From positions 32,001-96,000 of the forward strand of contig CP070751.1 in assembly GCA_020348445.1 (NCBI GenBank): a DNA stretch of 64,000 nucleotides, given 5' to 3'. A program made the translations under genes and the position numbers. The notes below the pieces were generated by a model that saw only the letters and a list, made by a program, of their open reading frames with translations, searched no databases and was not told the DNA's origin. Shown here one piece after another: positions 17,686 to 28,106 of the stretch (positions are counted from its first letter, which is position 1; the number at the start of each line of letters is the position of its first letter). Source of the stretch: Thermoplasmata archaeon (GTDB taxonomy: Archaea; Thermoplasmatota; Thermoplasmata; GCA-020350865).

Positions 17686-19365
17686 ATGGGTGAAGACAAA
17701 GATTTGAAGAAACCTTCAAGAAGTCGCAGGGATTGGGAAGATGACACCCTCAAAAAACATCTAGATAAACACCCTGAATGGAAAGAGGACTTCATCACCA
17801 CTTCAAGTGTTCCAATTAATCGACTTTACTCACCTGATGACATCAAGGATTTCGAGTACCTAAAAGACCTGAACTTTCCCAGCCAGTACCCCTATACAAG
17901 GGGAGTTCAACCCACGATGTACCGCGGAAAGCTTTGGACCATGAGGATGTTTTCTGGTTTCGGAACTGCCGAAGAATCCAATGAACGATACAAGTACCTT
18001 CTCGAGCACGGTGAAACAGGCCTTTCTGTTGCCTTCGACTTTCCAACACTATACGGTTTTGATACTGATCATCCCATGGCAAAAGGTGAGTTCGGAAAAT
18101 GCGGCGTTGCCATATCATCACTAAAGGATATGGAAATACTTTTTTCAGGCATCCCCATCGATAAGATCACAACGTCCATGACCATCAATGGTCCGGCAGC
18201 CATTTTATGGGCCATGTACATCGTCAATGCAGAAAAACAAGGCTTCTCAAAGGACCAGATAGGAGGAACCATTCAAAACGATATTCTGAAGGAGTACATA
18301 GCCCAAAAATCCTATATATTTCCCCCCGAACCCAGCATGAGACTGATCGTTGATACCTTCGAGTATGGATACAAACACGTTCCTAAATGGAACACCATAA
18401 GCATCTCAGGTTATCATATTCGCGAGGCTGGCTCCACAGCGGTGCAGGAATTGGCATTCACTCTTGCCGATGGCCTTGCCTATGTTGAGGAGGCAATAAA
18501 CCGCGGTCTTGATGTGGACGACTTTGCTCCGAGACTCTCCTTTTTCTTCAATGCCCACAACGATCTTTTCGAGGAGGTAGCCAAGTACAGGGCAGCAAGG
18601 AGAATCTGGGCCAGGGAGATGAAGGAAAGATTCAAGGCTAAAAATCCCAGATCATGGTGGTTGCGCTTCCATACCCAAACTGCGGGCTGTGCACTTACTG
18701 CCCAGCAGCCCGAGAACAACATCGTTCGGGTTACAATCCAAGCCCTTGCCGCTATTCTGGGCGGGACTCAATCCCTTCACACGAACTCCATGGACGAGGC
18801 CCTGGCCCTACCCTCAGCGAAGGCTGTTAGAATTGCCCTCAGAACCCAGCAGATCTTGGCCCATGAAAGCGGTGTTGCCAACACAATAGACCCTGTGGGA
18901 GGCAGTTATTTTATTGAAACCCTGACAAATCAGATGGAGGAGGAAACCTACAAGTACTTTGACAAAATCGATGCCCTGGGTGGAGTAATTCCCGCCATAG
19001 AAAAGGGATTCTTTCAAAAGGAGATAGCAAATGCCTCTTATCTGTATCAAAAGGAGATAGAGAAGAAAAAAAGAACGGTAGTGGGAGTAAACGATTATGT
19101 CCTTGATGAGCCTCTTAGAATCGAGCTGCTCAAGATGGACCCTGAAGGCGAGATGCGGCAGATCAACAGGCTCAAAGAATTAAGAGCAAAAAGGGACAAC
19201 AAAAAGGCCACAGAATCACTTGATACCCTGAAAAACAAGGCCGAGGGCAATGAAAATCTCATGCCATACATCATAGATTGCGTCAGTGCCTATTGCACCC
19301 TAGGTGAGATCACAGATGTTTTTAGAAATGTGTTCGGTGAATACAAAGAGGAGCCTATTTATTAG
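17686..19365 (+). CDS. B12-dependent acyl-CoA mutase large subunit with isobutyryl-CoA mutase-type signature
   Basis: [40 protein letters not shown] and HTNSMDEA. F and Q occupy the positions of Tyr89 and Arg207 in methylmalonyl-CoA mutase. Confidence 0.9.
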   Translation: MGEDKDLKKPSRSRRDWEDDTLKKHLDKHPEWKEDFITTSSVPINRLYSPDDIKDFEYLKDLNFPSQYPYTRGVQPTMYRGKLWTMRMFSGFGTAEESNERYKYLLEHGETGLSVAFDFPTLYGFDTDHPMAKGEFGKCGVAISSLKDMEILFSGIPIDKITTSMTINGPAAILWAMYIVNAEKQGFSKDQIGGTIQNDILKEYIAQKSYIFPPEPSMRLIVDTFEYGYKHVPKWNTISISGYHIREAGSTAVQELAFTLADGLAYVEEAINRGLDVDDFAPRLSFFFNAHNDLFEEVAKYRAARRIWAREMKERFKAKNPRSWWLRFHTQTAGCALTAQQPENNIVRVTIQALAAILGGTQSLHTNSMDEALALPSAKAVRIALRTQQILAHESGVANTIDPVGGSYFIETLTNQMEEETYKYFDKIDALGGVIPAIEKGFFQKEIANASYLYQKEIEKKKRTVVGVNDYVLDEPLRIELLKMDPEGEMRQINRLKELRAKRDNKKATESLDTLKNKAEGNENLMPYIIDCVSAYCTLGEITDVFRNVFGEYKEEPIY

Positions 19366-19414
19366 TATTAAAAAATCCCCTTTTAATCCAAATCTGTTGC
19401 CCTAAAATCGAACA

Positions 19415-19981
19415 TTAGCTCCAATTTCTCTTGGGCTCCCGCCACGAAGTCTCGAACTTGCAGAACTTGTCTCCTTTGCCTCTGCACTTCACCTCTTCTA
19501 CAAAGGCATCATTTCTTCCGCACACAGCTGAGATGATCCCCTCCAAGAATCCTTCCATGCGTTTGCAGTAGAGTGGATTGGCTGGATAGTCACAGATATA
19601 TATGGTTGCTGAGGATTCGCTTTCCTTTTTAATCTCTATTTTTCCGAAATCGTTGAATCGACTCCAGTTGCTCTGCATCATGTTAAAAATGGTGATTGGA
19701 TCTGTTTTCTTCTTGTGATATTCAAAAAATTCCAGGGTCTTTGCCCTGTCGAAGCCGATTCGAAATATTATGTTTGGATCATTATGTTCAAAATTGCTAT
19801 TGATGACCTCCAAAAGGTCGATATACATCTCAAAAGGATACATTTTTTCAGGGTAAATATCTTCAATAGTTTTACCTGTTTCGCTAACAATCCAATTCAA
19901 TCCCTCTATTCCCTTCTTTCTTCTTATAAACTCCAAAGCATGGGTAAGATTATCTCCAGAAATGCGCAACTGCTCGTTCAT
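19415..19981 (-). CDS. V4R-domain (HNOX-like) protein
   Basis: C-terminal YC..MEGFLEG..EEVKCRGKGDKFCKF V4R pattern. Confidence 0.7.
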   Translation of the reverse strand: MNEQLRISGDNLTHALEFIRRKKGIEGLNWIVSETGKTIEDIYPEKMYPFEMYIDLLEVINSNFEHNDPNIIFRIGFDRAKTLEFFEYHKKKTDPITIFNMMQSNWSRFNDFGKIEIKKESESSATIYICDYPANPLYCKRMEGFLEGIISAVCGRNDAFVEEVKCRGKGDKFCKFETSWREPKRNWS

Positions 19982-20110
19982 TTCAACCCGTACATTAAAA
20001 AACGATAATCATGTTATTTAATGCTTTTTATATTATATTAATAAAATGATAATGTTATCAATGATCGTTTTTTACCCCCGGGAATCCTTTTTACTGACAG
20101 GGAGAAATGC

Positions 20111-20575
20111 CTATTTGTCAAACACGCTTTTGGCGTACACCATTATTTCAAGACTGTTTAACTCACCAACCAGTGTATTTTCATCATCAATAATGGGAAG
20201 ATCATTTAAATGATTCTCGACCATGAGTCGCACAGCATCCAGCACTTTGTGTCTGTTCGTTATGGTCACTGGTTGTTCCATGATCTCAGACACGTTTTCC
20301 TTGAGAACTCCAGAGAGGAACTTGAAGAATGATATCATTCCAGTCTCCCTTACACCAACAATATATCCTACATGTTTAAGAAGTGTCTCAATTGTTATGG
20401 CTCCTTTGAGTTTTCCTTCTTCGTCAACAACGTACACCTTGTGCGATGTGGAATCCTGGGTAATGGCATCCACAGCATCTTTGAGTATGGCATCCTCCTT
20501 TACAGTTGCGGGCTTTCCCACCATACTCTCGTGTATCTCTCCCACGGTAAGGTCCCTAAAATCCTTTTCAACCAT
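20111..20575 (-). CDS. CBS-domain pair protein
   Basis: Two CBS repeats (VYVVDEEGKLKGAIT; LPIIDDENTLVGEL). Confidence 0.88.
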   Translation of the reverse strand: MVEKDFRDLTVGEIHESMVGKPATVKEDAILKDAVDAITQDSTSHKVYVVDEEGKLKGAITIETLLKHVGYIVGVRETGMISFFKFLSGVLKENVSEIMEQPVTITNRHKVLDAVRLMVENHLNDLPIIDDENTLVGELNSLEIMVYAKSVFDK

Positions 20576-20586
20576 TCATATCACCC

Positions 20587-22140
20587 CTACTCCTTTTTAA
20601 CATGAACCACCCTTTGCGGGAACGGTATCTCGATTCCCGCCTTTTCGAACCTCTTGTAAATCTCGGTGTTGAGGTAGTCGATTACACCCAGCTTGTTATC
20701 CCTGTCGTCCACGATAACTTGAATAAAGAAATTGATGCTGGATTCACCTAGCTCATCGAATCTTATAATCGGTTTAAGGGCCTCGTCGTCTTTTATAATA
20801 TGCTCATTTTCTGCAAAAACCTTGTCGAGGATTTTTCTGACCTTTGCAGAATCAGTACCGTATGCCACGCCTATGGTCATCCTGATTCTCACCTTGTCAT
20901 ACGGATTTGAGTAGTTAATTATCTTGTCCCCTGCGAGTTTGTTGTTTGGAATGCTGATTAGGCTGGCGTCCTTGTATCGGAACAAGCGCGTGCTTCTCAG
21001 GCCGATGTCTCGAACTTCATACCAATCGCCATCTGGTAGGATTATTGTATCCCCCTCTACAAATGGGCGGTCAGTAAGAATAAATATCCCAGAGAAGAAA
21101 TTTGATAGGGTTTCCTGGGCTGCAAATGCTATGACCATGCTGATGACCACTCCACCAGCTACGAACATTGTCAAATCTATATTCATATATCCAAGTAGGT
21201 ATCCCAAGGCCAGTAAACCTATTATCACAACACCGATCTTCTCGACTATTGGAATGATCACATTGTCGATGTTGGAGGCTGTCTTCTCTGCGATTACTTG
21301 CCCATAGTACACTAGAATATCTTTAAACAGTTTGTAGGCCACGTAAAATAATATTAGAACAGCTGCTATTCCATAAAGAGCATTTAATATATCAATAACC
21401 ACAGAAGGGATTATATCTTCCAGGATAACCAGGGATGAGACAAAACCGTAGAAGAAAACCAAGATTAGAAGTGGAGTCCTTATGATCCTCAGAACTATAT
21501 CGTCGATCTCGGTTTTGGTTTTCAATGTAAATGCTTTTACGCATGGATCCAAAAGGAACACAAGAATAAGGGAACCAATGAGCCAAAAGATCACTGTAAG
21601 AAGAAATATGCCCCATTCGTTGTCCAGGGGAGAAGGCAGTGGATTTTCAAACCAGCCAAGGACCTTCTCTTCTTCAGGTTTAATAATATCTTCCAATGAT
21701 GTTAATGTGTACTTTTCATCCTCAAATACTTTCGATGCATTATGCGTAATTGTGAAAGTCAAAGTCACATTTGTCTTTCCCTCGTCTTTGTTTGAGGGGG
21801 CTGTCACAGTCAATGTAACCATTTTCCATTCCGTGGATCCAATTGTGAAAGGGGATTGAGGTTCGATTGTTGCCTCCCAATCGCTATTGCTATTGTCAAT
21901 AATTATGGCAACATCGTATGTTAAATCATCAGGATCTATATTATGTAAAGTCCAGTTGTAGGTTGTTGCTTCTCCTGAGGAAATCTCTCTCGAATATCCT
22001 TTGATTCTGTCGGAATCTTCGATTGTAACAACTTCATTGTCCGCTGTTGCACAAAATGCAAAAAAGGTCAATTGTAACAACATAATTATTAGAGTAATTA
22101 ACAAGGTTCTTTTAATTAGCTGTTTCTTTCGAATTTGCAT
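20587..22140 (-). CDS. mscS: MscS-family mechanosensitive channel with an N-terminal Ig-like extension
   Basis: AFAAQETLSNFFSGIFI..PF..GD, IGLRSTRL, IPNNKL, GVAYG and GIEIPFPQ. Start moved to the ATG at 22140, after a GGGGGAG RBS. Confidence 0.9.
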   Translation of the reverse strand: MQIRKKQLIKRTLLITLIIMLLQLTFFAFCATADNEVVTIEDSDRIKGYSREISSGEATTYNWTLHNIDPDDLTYDVAIIIDNSNSDWEATIEPQSPFTIGSTEWKMVTLTVTAPSNKDEGKTNVTLTFTITHNASKVFEDEKYTLTSLEDIIKPEEEKVLGWFENPLPSPLDNEWGIFLLTVIFWLIGSLILVFLLDPCVKAFTLKTKTEIDDIVLRIIRTPLLILVFFYGFVSSLVILEDIIPSVVIDILNALYGIAAVLILFYVAYKLFKDILVYYGQVIAEKTASNIDNVIIPIVEKIGVVIIGLLALGYLLGYMNIDLTMFVAGGVVISMVIAFAAQETLSNFFSGIFILTDRPFVEGDTIILPDGDWYEVRDIGLRSTRLFRYKDASLISIPNNKLAGDKIINYSNPYDKVRIRMTIGVAYGTDSAKVRKILDKVFAENEHIIKDDEALKPIIRFDELGESSINFFIQVIVDDRDNKLGVIDYLNTEIYKRFEKAGIEIPFPQRVVHVKKE

Positions 22141-22295
22141 AACGTCTCTCCCCCTATCTCTCACCTGTAAAAGCAATTGTCATATGTATATCTTTCTATT
22201 CCGATTGGTTATGAGTATTTAGACATGTTATCATTCGGAAAGGATGTGAAAAAGTATGATATTCTCATTAATAAATGAACCTTATTATGATATCA

Positions 22296-25046
22296 CTACT
22301 TTTTTTTCATTCTTTTCTTTTCTTGTGCTATTCCTAAAAGCATCTTTGCCTCTTCACGTAGATGTGGGGGGGCTTTTTCGAGTAACTCTTCAGCTTTCCT
22401 TGAGGATTTTACTTTAGTTTCAATATATTTCGCTACTAGATTTACAGGTTCGAATGATGGATATATTTTCTCATCTTCAGAGAAATCCTTTTCAAAGCAT
22501 TCAAGGATTTCAAGAGTTTCCCAGATGAGAGTGGTTTTTCCCAAGTGGATAAAATTTTGAAAAAGAGTAAGTAAAAGTTGAACACCTAACTGGGTTGAAA
22601 CTCCAGGTTTTCTAAGGTTTTCAAGTAAGGATTCTAATTCTTCTCGAAAGTTAAAAGATGAGTTACTAACAATGAGGGTTTGAATCTTATTCGTCTTGAC
22701 GATAGATGCTATGACCCAGTCATCTTTTTCAGTTAAGAGAACCAATGCTTTATCATATGCTTCCATTGCTTCTTTATGTCTTCCGAGGTGAAAGAGTATA
22801 TTACCTTTGTTGTTCCAAGCATTGGCATATTTTGAATTGATTTTCAATGCTTTATCACATGCCTTAAGTGCTTTTTGATACTTTTTTAAGATAAAGAGAG
22901 TATTGCATTTGTTGTTCCATGCTTTTTCAAAATTTGGATTAATTTTCAAGGCCATCTCGAACACTTCTAAAGCCTTTTGGAGCCTTCCTAGTTCTTTAAG
23001 AGCAATGCCTTTATTGTTCCAAGCTTCAACTAGTTTTGGATTGATATCCAGGGCTTTTTCACAGGCCTCTAGACCTTTTAAAGGTTTTCCAAGATTCGTG
23101 AGAGCGAGGCCTTTATTGTTCCATGCCTCCGATAAATTGGGGTTGATTTCTAGAGCTTTTTCACAGGCTTCTAAAGCTTCAAGGTGCCTTCCAAGTTTGA
23201 TAAGAGCATTGCCTTTGTTATTCCATGCTTCTGCGAGATTTGGATTGATTTTTAGGGCTTTTTCACAAACCTTTAGACCTTCCTTGAATCTTCCAAGGTA
23301 TATAAGAGTGAGGCTTTTATTGTTCCATGCGATAAACAAATCAGGATCGATATCAATAGCTTTATTATAACTATCCAAGGCTTCCCTTAGTTTCCCTAAA
23401 AGACCAAGAGTGACACCTTTGTTGTACCATATAAGGGCATTATCAGGCTTAATCTTTAAAGCTTTATCAATTGCTTTTAATGCATCTTGGTATCTTTTAA
23501 GATAACCGAGAGTACTGCCTTTATTCACCCATGCTATAATATCATCTGGATTGATTTTTAAGGCTTTATTATATGCATCAAGAGCTTCTCGATGCCTTCC
23601 TCGGTTAAGATTAATCTCACCTATATTACGCCATCCACTAGCTTCAACTTCCCTATCTTTCTTTCTCTTTGCAGCTCTTATAGCTTTTTCAAAAACACCT
23701 AAAGCTTTATCAAGTTTTCCTTCTTCTACTAAAGTCATTCCCAATGTCATGGCCGCGGAGACATATTCCTCCTTTAGACTTTCAAAAGCACGTCTTATGG
23801 GAACTGAAGCCATGTCAGGGTCTGTTAAACCGCCGAATCGTTCTACAAATTCTTCTATAGTATAATATGCATGGATAAATTCCAGAATATACTTACCCTC
23901 AAATGTAGCATCCTTGACATGAGTTTTTAGGTACCATATACCAAAAATAGGATTGCTCAGGCGGTGGAATACCTTACGACCTTCCTTATGATGAACTGTA
24001 AGGAATCCTTTCTTCTTCAATTTGGAAAATAAAGCTCTATTTCGGCCCCGCTCATTCTCAGATCCATTCTCAAAGATATCCTCAAATGAAAAGTTAGCTT
24101 TAGTCATATTTGGTGAAAGGTTACGCACTATCTGACCAAAAACGTAACGCTCTTGCGAACTGAGTCCTGCATCGATTCCTTCAAAATAAGGTGATAGGCG
24201 ATCTAACATAGAATCAAACGACTTTGCGATGTCCTGAGGCTCCTCTAAAAGGAGCACCTCATACAATGAGACACCAAGCCGAGGATACCCAGAGGTTAGA
24301 TGATGCATAGATCTGATTTTTATCGATATTTCTTTTCTCAATTTTCCATTGTCATCTAAGAGGGTCTCTCCATCATAAAACCTAGCCATTCTTTCCATCA
24401 TATCTAGGAAATCTTTCTCGTTCAGAGGTTTTACATCGTGTACTTTGAAAAATGCCCAGAAACGAGATTTGTACTTCCATATTGACTTTGGTATTTCGGT
24501 TGCTGTTCCAATTAAAAGGATGTTACTATGGTTCTCAAGGAAGGCTCTCATTCCTTCAAAACCTTTATCACGCGGCCGCATTTCCATCAATTCTTGGAGA
24601 TTTTCCATCATTAAAACAATTTTCTTTTTATATAACTTCTCAAACCGTTTCTCAACTATTTCTAATTTTTCTTCAAAATATACTGCCGGTGTCTTTTCAA
24701 TAGGGAGGTTAAGTAGGCGATAAAGTTCCGTCGTAATACGTAAAAGGATATCGCTTAAATCTTGAGCATCATGAACGCATTTGTAATCAGTGAATAACAG
24801 CGGGATAATAGACTGTTTTTTGTTATATCGTTTGTATATTTTTTTTTCAAAAAAACGTAAAAGAGCACTCTTTCCAACCCCACGTTCTCCAACCAGTAAA
24901 AGATGATTTCGAGAATCATTCTTTATAAATTTGTTAACAGCGTTTTCCATAATTTTCAAAAGTTCCTCTCTGTCAGTGAATATATCATTAAGCTCAGCTG
25001 GGGAAAGCGCATCAGGATCAAAAAGTGGAGGGCTTCTCTTTACCAT
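22296..25046 (-). CDS. STAND-like P-loop ATPase with winged helix and ~10 TPR repeats
   Basis: Walker A GERGVGKS, degenerate Walker B IVLMMENL, GYP motif, and 34-aa AWNNKG repeats. Start placed at ATG 25046 after a GAAAGGAGG RBS. Confidence 0.85.
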   Translation of the reverse strand: MVKRSPPLFDPDALSPAELNDIFTDREELLKIMENAVNKFIKNDSRNHLLLVGERGVGKSALLRFFEKKIYKRYNKKQSIIPLLFTDYKCVHDAQDLSDILLRITTELYRLLNLPIEKTPAVYFEEKLEIVEKRFEKLYKKKIVLMMENLQELMEMRPRDKGFEGMRAFLENHSNILLIGTATEIPKSIWKYKSRFWAFFKVHDVKPLNEKDFLDMMERMARFYDGETLLDDNGKLRKEISIKIRSMHHLTSGYPRLGVSLYEVLLLEEPQDIAKSFDSMLDRLSPYFEGIDAGLSSQERYVFGQIVRNLSPNMTKANFSFEDIFENGSENERGRNRALFSKLKKKGFLTVHHKEGRKVFHRLSNPIFGIWYLKTHVKDATFEGKYILEFIHAYYTIEEFVERFGGLTDPDMASVPIRRAFESLKEEYVSAAMTLGMTLVEEGKLDKALGVFEKAIRAAKRKKDREVEASGWRNIGEINLNRGRHREALDAYNKALKINPDDIIAWVNKGSTLGYLKRYQDALKAIDKALKIKPDNALIWYNKGVTLGLLGKLREALDSYNKAIDIDPDLFIAWNNKSLTLIYLGRFKEGLKVCEKALKINPNLAEAWNNKGNALIKLGRHLEALEACEKALEINPNLSEAWNNKGLALTNLGKPLKGLEACEKALDINPKLVEAWNNKGIALKELGRLQKALEVFEMALKINPNFEKAWNNKCNTLFILKKYQKALKACDKALKINSKYANAWNNKGNILFHLGRHKEAMEAYDKALVLLTEKDDWVIASIVKTNKIQTLIVSNSSFNFREELESLLENLRKPGVSTQLGVQLLLTLFQNFIHLGKTTLIWETLEILECFEKDFSEDEKIYPSFEPVNLVAKYIETKVKSSRKAEELLEKAPPHLREEAKMLLGIAQEKKRMKKK
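22738..23740 (-). repeat. TPR array (~10 x 34 aa; 102-bp period)
   Basis: Repeating AWxNKG.AL..LG....AL....KAL.INP units. Boundaries are approximate. Confidence 0.85.
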
Positions 25047-25050
25047 TTTA

Positions 25051-26208
25051 TTAATCCCTCCTTTCTTCCAGTTCACCCTCAAGTGGATGTAATCTTGACC
25101 ACACATCCCCAAGAAATTTCAAGTAAGAGATATAATTATCCCCAGAACTCTTGATTAGATAGTTATCACTAAGAGTATTAAGGATTGTTTCTATCCCCTG
25201 GTCCTTAAACGAAGAAATGATAACAGGTGTGATTTCGCCCATTAAGAGTATTCTGGTTACTAATTGTGTCCTATTTCTAGAGAGAGTTCCAGTGCGAGTT
25301 AAATCTCCCTCGATTAAGTGAATATATCCAATAAGGTCTTGAAGAGGACCACCTCCGGTACTTCTTCTATTATATACATCGACAACCTGTTGAAGACATC
25401 CATCATAAATCTCTTTTATAACTTCTTCAAGTTTTATTTTTTTCTGCGGATCGATATCGACATTAACCTTATCATTGCTTATTTCATTAGTAATTATCTT
25501 CTGCCAATCCTCGCTAGATCTAAAATGAGATCGAACTGTATGGGTTATGAATCGATCTAGAAATAAAGGGAAAAGCGAGTCTTTTCCAAAGCACATAGTA
25601 ATTGATTCTGTTAGGACCGATAAAATACCATCTGGTAGAGTCTGACCATTCCCTAAGAAACATTCTTTTATAAAACCCTGTGCTGTATCTTCATCGAATG
25701 GTTCAACATATAGTGGAACGAACATGGCTCGAATTTTATATGCTTTTTTATAATTTTCTAGTATCTTATCAAAACCAATTGAGCCACATATTATCATTTG
25801 TATTCCTAGTTTATCTGGTATCCATAGGAGACCATCGAGAAATTCATGTCTTTCTTCTTCGGTCATTTTATCCAAAGAATCGGATAGTTCATCAATTATA
25901 ATTATACAATCAGTGTTTTTTCTTTTTAAAAATTCATAGACCTCATACATTACTTCTACCCAAGAATCTTCTGGTGCTTCACGGGGTGTATTTACATGAA
26001 ATAATCGCTTCATACTGTTCGCAATAGTAACCGGGGAGCTTACACCTGTAGTTTCACAATTAAAATAATAAAACTTGGTCTCTAATCGATCATTAAGATT
26101 TTCAAGGATTGTTGTCTTTCCTACTTTTCTTGGACCACAAACTTGAATATGTCTTCCTTCACTTAGAAGCTTTTCAATAGCTTTTACATCTTTTTCCCTA
26201 TCATACAT
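25051..26208 (-). CDS. Stand-alone STAND/archaeal-ATPase-like P-loop NTPase
   Basis: Walker A GPRKVGKT, Walker B CIIIIDE, IICGS, and LFPLFL at the GxP position. Its stop lies 4 bp from the next start. Confidence 0.8.
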   Translation of the reverse strand: MYDREKDVKAIEKLLSEGRHIQVCGPRKVGKTTILENLNDRLETKFYYFNCETTGVSSPVTIANSMKRLFHVNTPREAPEDSWVEVMYEVYEFLKRKNTDCIIIIDELSDSLDKMTEEERHEFLDGLLWIPDKLGIQMIICGSIGFDKILENYKKAYKIRAMFVPLYVEPFDEDTAQGFIKECFLGNGQTLPDGILSVLTESITMCFGKDSLFPLFLDRFITHTVRSHFRSSEDWQKIITNEISNDKVNVDIDPQKKIKLEEVIKEIYDGCLQQVVDVYNRRSTGGGPLQDLIGYIHLIEGDLTRTGTLSRNRTQLVTRILLMGEITPVIISSFKDQGIETILNTLSDNYLIKSSGDNYISYLKFLGDVWSRLHPLEGELEERRD

Positions 26209-26377
26209 CTATTTCACCATTTTAATACATGCCCATTCAAGATTCTTTGTAATATATATAGTAATTATTCAACGAAGATATTTCGCAGCTTATTTGTTTC
26301 GAAACACTTTCGTTTCGTAATATATTCGTTTCTGGGTATATAAAGGTTTCTATAGGCGGGGTAAGCTCTATTAGACG

Positions 26378-27247
26378 TTATTCCAATATCTTTCCTTCGT
26401 ATAACTCCTTTCTTCTCGCTTCAAACATATCGTTTTTTTCCCCGGCGAACTCTGCAATGGTCATTATCTTCACTTTTTTCTTTTTCGCCTGTGCAAATAC
26501 CCTCTTAATCTGCTCTTTCCACCCAAGGTCCCTTAAAAGATGGTGGTCCAAAACAAATTTCTTGACCTTGGTTTCTCTGATTATGCGGTTTATGTTTCTT
26601 ACGCTTTTCTTTAGGTTCTTTTTTGAATATCTAAATCCCAGCATGTAGGTCATGGGACCATCGCAGAATATCACCTTTGGCCTTTCATCCAATATGAACT
26701 GAAGCTGGTCCTTAAGAGAAGGCCCTTGAACATCGGATGTGTACACAAATCTATCTCTGCCCTCTATCACACATACCTCGGTTACATAACCGAGTTTGGT
26801 ATTTGTCCCGTGGGGCACGGCTTCGGAAAATCTTATGGTTGTCTTTCCAAATGAGAATTCGTTTCCGTCGGAAAACTCGATTTCTTTGGGTAATTCTCCC
26901 AACTGGTTAAGGAAGTATCTGGCCCTTTTCTTCTGACTTTTATTGATGTTCTCCTTGGGGTGTTTTGTGAAGAGAATCTTGTTTTTGAAAACACCGGGCT
27001 CATCAGGGTCGTGATGATCGTAGTGGTAGTGGGTGACTATTAATACCTTGGCCTTTTTTGCATAGCGTTTGATCTTCTTCCAGTCTTCGTCCATTCTTTC
27101 CCATTCTAATGGATGAGGTTCAAGACCGTACCTGTACGGCCCCAGAGCCACCCCGGGATCGATTAATACCTTGGTGTCCTTGGTTTCAATGAAAGTGGCC
27201 ATGCTTCTTGTTCCCATACTGTCGCTGGCAAGCGGAGTTATCTTCAT
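26378..27247 (-). CDS. UPF0282-family metallo-beta-lactamase-fold hydrolase
   Basis: SDSMGTRSM, IDPGVALGP, THYHYDHH, PHG, SDVQGP and DHHLLRD. Confidence 0.88.
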   Translation of the reverse strand: MKITPLASDSMGTRSMATFIETKDTKVLIDPGVALGPYRYGLEPHPLEWERMDEDWKKIKRYAKKAKVLIVTHYHYDHHDPDEPGVFKNKILFTKHPKENINKSQKKRARYFLNQLGELPKEIEFSDGNEFSFGKTTIRFSEAVPHGTNTKLGYVTEVCVIEGRDRFVYTSDVQGPSLKDQLQFILDERPKVIFCDGPMTYMLGFRYSKKNLKKSVRNINRIIRETKVKKFVLDHHLLRDLGWKEQIKRVFAQAKKKKVKIMTIAEFAGEKNDMFEARRKELYEGKILE

Positions 27248-27294
27248 CTCGCCTCCCGCCCCTTATATGTTGGAAAATATTATAAAAGAAGAAA

Positions 27295-27918
27295 TTAACT
27301 GACTACCTTTCCAAAGGCTATTGTACCTGAGACATTCTCTATCTGAACCTTGACCTTTGCCCCCTTTGCTGTACCAGGGACATAGATGATATAACCTCCC
27401 CTTTTGGCCATACCATCCCCCTTTCTCCCCACATCCTGGATCATTAGCTCGTAGACCTTGCCGACCTCCAACACAGCTTGAGGCTCCGGACCTCTGCTTC
27501 CCTTCCTCACCTTTACTGGCCTGTGGGCACCGCATGCATCACACTCGAGAATCAAGGTCCTGCCGTCCTTTACAAGCTTGGTATCTGGTCTTTCGCATTC
27601 TGAGCAAAGGACGTACGTGGAAACGTAAGAATCGATCCTGTCCTTTATCTGATCAGCCTGCACCTTTCCTTTGAAAATCACCCTCTTGCCATCGCTGGAG
27701 CCAGCAGTTCCCAATTCCTTGAGCAGGTAGGCGAGGATATCAGCCGGATCTCGGTTGACTGCACTTGCTATATCTGCAAAATTTCGAAGCACTGTTGTCT
27801 TTCCTTCGATTAGTACATCCACTTCCGGCACTTGAAACCTCGAATGCTCTGTTATTGCCGAAGGAAGTTTGTCCCTTGCCCTTTTGAGCAAGGTCTTGTA
27901 ATCGTATTGTTCTGACAT
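27295..27918 (-). CDS. eif2b: Archaeal translation initiation factor 2 beta subunit with C-terminal TRAM domain
   Basis: YKTLLKRA, NFADIA..VNR, KELGTAG, CSEC..CDACGA, then the TRAM motif GKKG-like DVGRKGDG. Start moved to ATG 27918. Confidence 0.93.
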   Translation of the reverse strand: MSEQYDYKTLLKRARDKLPSAITEHSRFQVPEVDVLIEGKTTVLRNFADIASAVNRDPADILAYLLKELGTAGSSDGKRVIFKGKVQADQIKDRIDSYVSTYVLCSECERPDTKLVKDGRTLILECDACGAHRPVKVRKGSRGPEPQAVLEVGKVYELMIQDVGRKGDGMAKRGGYIIYVPGTAKGAKVKVQIENVSGTIAFGKVVS

Positions 27919-28106
27919 GTTGATTATGGAAAGGAAAAAACCACTTATAAAACCTTTGGTTTCTTTTATTAATAGGGGGATAGAGGGAGTATGAAGACCT
28001 AAGGTATCAAAATAAGTTAGACTGCTAAGATTTACATTCAAATCAGATACTCAAATAGTTGAGGAAATTATTATTCATGGCTTCATTGAGGAAATCTTTA
28101 AATATC

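Noticed and set aside
17686-19365. Methylmalonyl-CoA mutase call
   Set aside because: The Tyr89 and Arg207 equivalents are Phe and Gln.
20047-20060. Fur box upstream of the V4R gene (TGATAATGTTATCA)
   Set aside because: The palindrome is 14 bp, one short of 7-1-7 spacing, and lies in very AT-rich sequence where such matches arise by chance. No functional link is evident.
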